Shown piece after piece: positions 59,907 to 64,000 of a stretch of 64,000 bases of DNA. Positions within the stretch are counted from its first letter, which is position 1; every line of letters begins with the position of its first letter. The translations under genes were made by a program, and so were the position numbers. The stretch lies in NCBI GenBank assembly GCA_047495785.1, contig JBLDXI010000036.1, positions 992,001 through 1,056,000 on the forward strand, given 5' to 3'. The DNA is from Lepidodermella squamata (taxonomy: Eukaryota > Animalia > Gastrotricha). A model generated the notes under the pieces. That model had not been told where the DNA came from and made no database searches. It saw nothing but the letters and a program-made list of their open reading frames with translations.

Positions 59907-60162
59907 TATTTCAATGAATGAAAAATAATAAAATCTCGAATAACATTAATGACCTGGGCACGAGCCGTGCCAATCCAATATTTGTTTCTGGAATCGCGTG
60001 CGATTAAATTAAATCTTTTTAATATTTAAAAATTGAAAACACACAAATAACACAGGCAACCAGCCTGAGTAAATAAAACCCTTTTATACAACGCCATTTA
60101 TTGAAAATTCAAAAGGTTCGACGGAAAACTCAGACATTGGCATTTTCGCATCATTCAACAAA

Positions 60163-62186
60163 ATGTTGGCGAGAATTATAATTCTGATCTTGAGCTTTAG
60201 TCAAGCCGAGCCACAGAACACAGCATCATCCATTGATAATAAAATTCTTGGAAATTGGCCATTGTCTGCTGAATGTGGTCTCTTCGATTTCGGGCCTTGG
60301 CAAATCGAACCTGAGTGGCGAAACCCAGCTTCAAAACCGCGTTATGTCACAGGGCCTGGTGGTCTAGCGAACTCAGCTATAGCAATTGGTCCCGATGACT
60401 CTGATTACTTGAAGTTCTCGGACACTGTTTTGAAGTTCGCGGCAACTTCTTGGACAATCGCGTTGTTTTTCAACTCTGGCGGAGCTATGGGGCCTATTGT
60501 TGAGTTCATGAACCCTGACTCGACTTTATCCCGCCATTTATGGGCAAATTTCGCAATTGATGACGGCATATACATCTGGCAGGAAGGTTTTACCACATTG
60601 GCCTGTAACATGCGAAGCTGGCAGTTTGTCGCTGTTACTTATGATTCTCAAACAAACGAATATCGCCTGTTCTGCGATACTACTCTAGGCTCGCCAATAG
60701 TTCTAGACATCTCGGGCAAACATAAACCTGATACTTTTCTACTGGGAAAAAGGTTCAATTTTTTGAGAATTTTTGAGAAACCGTTGAAAACTTGAAATTT
60801 GATAAGGTTGGACCTATCTGTTAATTCCGTCCAAGCATCCTGCCTTCAAATTTATAGCAAAGCCTTGACAAGTGCAGAGCTGATTGATGTGAAAGGTCGC
60901 TGCCTCACAAGTATGTTCTCTCCATCTTCTTTTTCTCAACATTTTCCCCTTTGTTCAAAGACCCGATAAAATGCAGCCAACAGTTCGAACTGTCAAAGAT
61001 GACTTCAAATGTTACTTTCCCTAACATTGTGCCTAGCCCGCCTGCAGACGTTCAACGTTTATATCCAACTGATATCAAGCCAGAAACTTCAAAGCCAGTT
61101 ATAACTGCTGAAGAGCTAACGATAGCGTGCCCAGCCTTCACGCCAGACCTCACAGCCCCGCCGAACAACGATCAGACAAATCTCATCACGAACGTATTTG
61201 CCGTCGATCGATTTGTTTCTTTCGATATTGAAGATCAAACATTGACTCTTAGCGGGCTTTTCCTGCTCCAGTGGAGCGTGACGACGTGCAGGAAAAAATA
61301 TTTCGGGAACAAATTTCCGCTGTTCGATTCGGCTAACAAACGCGAGAGGGTGTTCACAACCTCGCCCGATGAAGTTTGGACGCCGACTTACCTGTTCACA
61401 TCGAGCTCGAACGATGTGTTCATGCGTGGCGACACATTCGGCGATGATCTCGTAGTCACCTTACAGACTAATCGCAACATAGCATCTCCGAATGTTACTG
61501 TGCAATTTTTTCTCCTTCGAAGGGGATTTTACGCCTCGAAATGTCCTCTTAATCTAGCGAAGTTCCCCTTCGATAGCTTGGAGTGCGACTTTGAATTCAC
61601 ACTTCAAAGCTCGAAGGACCAAGTTGCATTTTCGGATTCTATTGTGCTATGCCCTGAGGATCTAGCTTCAACCGAGTGGTACTTTGTGTATTGTGATTTT
61701 TTGAACTCGACCTCACCAGCAGGTGGGGTGAGGGCTAGTGTTGTTACCTTTAAAATCGCCTTAACTCGAAAACCTGGCTACTACGTTGTTAACTTGATTT
61801 TTCCGAATGTTGCGCAATTTTTGCTGGAACTGGCGTCATTCGCGTTTCCAGCTGGTAGGCCTGAGCGTCCAATGTTTTCTATGACCATTTTGCTATCGCT
61901 GACTTTCGGCCATACCAATGTTATGAGCTTGATCCCGAAAACAGCCGGGAGGGTTCTCCTGAATGAGTTCATCTTAGCTCTGTCAGCAATTTCGGCGATC
62001 ATCTCGATCTATCAGCTATGGGCGAATTTGGTTTACGAGCCTAAAACACAGCTTAGCAGGAAATTCGACAAGAAAATTATTTCTGGTGTGAATCTCATTC
62101 AATTTCTTGATCTTTCGATGCTTTTGCTATCGCTAATGGGGTTTGCTGGTTTGATTGCCTACTTTTTCTTGACAATCAATAAGTGA
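60163..62186 (+). CDS. Cys-loop ligand-gated ion channel subunit with an N-terminal LamG/pentraxin-like domain, 3 exons
   Basis: Introns 60753-60806 and 60911-60960 join the LamG domain (WQFVAVTYD, SCLQIYSKAL) in frame to the channel (VWTP, CPLNLAKFPFDSLEC, LTRKPGYY, 4 TM). Confidence 0.82.
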
Positions 62187-62698
62187 AAAGACAACTTCTT
62201 CATCCGCAAATTTTATTTTACTACACAGGTGGCTGTTTTGTTACTAATTAATGTATTGCTGAAATTGACTTTGCTAATAAATGAAACTCACATCCTTCGG
62301 CGTGATTTACTATCGGCAGAAGTTAAAATAATTCATGGAGGAAAAATCTCACAAAAGCTAGCGAGAAATTGAAACTGCACTCGCTTATCAAAATCTACCA
62401 TTCTATCGAGGCTCATTTTTCGATGTTTGAAAACTAAGACGGGTGATCGCGGTATCAAGCTATGCTACTCGGAGCCATACATTTTGAGTTTTAACTCTGT
62501 TAAAGTTATCAAATCTGATAGGGACGTGTAAATTTAGAGGTTGGCCTGTACTCCGAGAGATCAAAATTCAGAATGAATCTGTATCCTAATGCTGTCGAAT
62601 GGGGGTAAACTTATTTCAGATATAAGATTATTATCACCCTGTGCATGAGACGTACTATAGGACGCCGCGGCTTGCAGAGAATCAGAAAAAGCGTGATA

Positions 62699-63798
62699 CA
62701 ATGCTCCCTCGATATAAGCAACCCCGATAAGAGCAATCCCTCGCTACTAGCAACTTTTTTTGGATCCCGTTGATTTTATTTGTTAAAAAATTATTTTTCG
62801 ACAAATTAAAATTGTTTACATGATAATTTTTAATTTACATGAAGAATTTGTTTACGTTAGCAACAGAATTGTAACACTGCTCCTGGCGTTTTCGATTTTT
62901 CAGTTGGACGGCGGCGCCTCGTGATCTCTTGATCTCCATCTTTACAGATCGATGTTTTTTATCTCAGCACTGGCTTCAATTTTGAGATCGTGCGCGCGCG
63001 TTTGCTCTCTCGTATTTCTTCATTCACAAACACTACTACTAGCCATTGATGAGATTTTTTAAAGAATGATAGTGATTACGCTACGGGTCAGAAAAAATGA
63101 TTTAAAAAGCGATAAAAAGCAAACCGCAGATTATCTACTGTTTGACCGAAGTGTTGAGAACAGATAAAGGTGGCATTCAAGCATGTTGTATTCTATCAAA
63201 GCACATCACGAGGAATTGCCGTGAATCTGTTTTAATTCAATAGAATTCTGAAAAAATAAAGTTAGGATGCAGCTTCGACTCAAGATTCAAGCAAACTTCC
63301 AACAAGATTTCCAAGCCAGGTTCGCCCCGAGTCCTTCAGTTTTGGTCACGGATTTATGAGAAAAGATGCGTTTCAACCTTGGATAGGTTTTAGGCATCAC
63401 AGGCTCCTAGCCGAATTTTACCTAACATTGTTCGCTTATCCGCTAGTGTATCCATGGTTTGTATTCGAACCAAATGGAATTGCTACATTTAATTCTAATG
63501 AAGGCTTTCAAGCTTTGCTAACCTTCCAATTTCCAAATGTGGATCAATTAATCATATCAAATTGGATCATACTTTGCATATCAAATACTATCTACCACAT
63601 CGAAAATCATTACATGAACACCAGATTATCTTGGATATGGCTAACCAGTAAAATCAACGTCGCCCTGGCAACTGAGAAAAAAACCTGGCGACGCATTTAT
63701 GATTCATCGCTAGCTCTTTAACAGCCCTCTATAAGAGCAACCCTCGATAAGAGCAATCGCGTGGATCCCGCCCCCTTGCTTATATCGAGGGAGCACTG
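62699..63798. mobile_element. Tc1/mariner-pogo-type non-autonomous element, 1,100 bp
   Basis: 23-bp TIRs CAATGCTCCCTCGATATAAGCAA / TTGCTTATATCGAGGGAGCACTG (1 mismatch), TA on both sides, subterminal ATAAGAGCAA repeats. Confidence 0.85.
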
Positions 63799-64000
63799 TA
63801 TTTTTAATAAGATCCAAAGTCCAACTTAACCAATGAATCATCTCATTACACTTTTTGCAATCATCTCAAGCCACTTTTTGTGCTTAAGATCAACGAGATC
63901 AACACATCTTTAACAGCATCTCGCCGATCTTTTGCTGTAAATTAATTCTCAGCAGTTTTTAATTATTGACATTTAAAAAATTAAAATTGTATAAATTGAA

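Noticed and set aside
63356-63721. Transposase in the 1.1-kb TA-flanked element
   Set aside because: No HTH or DDE motifs recognisable in the 121-aa ORF
1-64000. Assigning the host taxon
   Set aside because: Gene content indicates an invertebrate animal, but nothing visible is diagnostic of a phylum

Overview
Eukaryotic (invertebrate animal) genomic DNA with short GT-AG introns. 151-16338: a 5,394-bp tandem unit (two full copies plus a third, interrupted one) carrying a GC-rich LINE-type EN/RT fragment and two MITE-like elements; the third copy is split by a different, 5'-truncated antisense LINE with poly(A) and an 8-bp TSD. 18-29 kb and 50-64 kb: host genes (LamG/pentraxin-like lectin, two paralogous Cys-rich secreted proteins, a Cys-loop channel, a LamG/Cys-loop channel fusion, two GT32 glycosyltransferase paralogs, three gustatory-receptor-like genes, a defensin-like peptide) plus MITEs and SINE-like elements. 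The centrepiece is a complete 19,730-bp Polinton/Maverick endogenous DNA virus (30445-50174) with 56-bp perfect TIRs starting AGTAGT and a perfect 6-bp TSD (AACGTG), inserted in a TA-flanked MITE. Its genes look fragmented in the ORF track but reassemble into uninterrupted reading frames once at least 24 short spliceosomal introns (49-79 nt) are removed, 14 of them in the protein-primed DNA polymerase. It also encodes a divergent TATA-binding protein, a tandem PC4-like protein, a deoxynucleoside kinase, a dUTPase and a RING/TRAF-type zinc-finger protein. All gene models were built by manual reading; no database searches were run.
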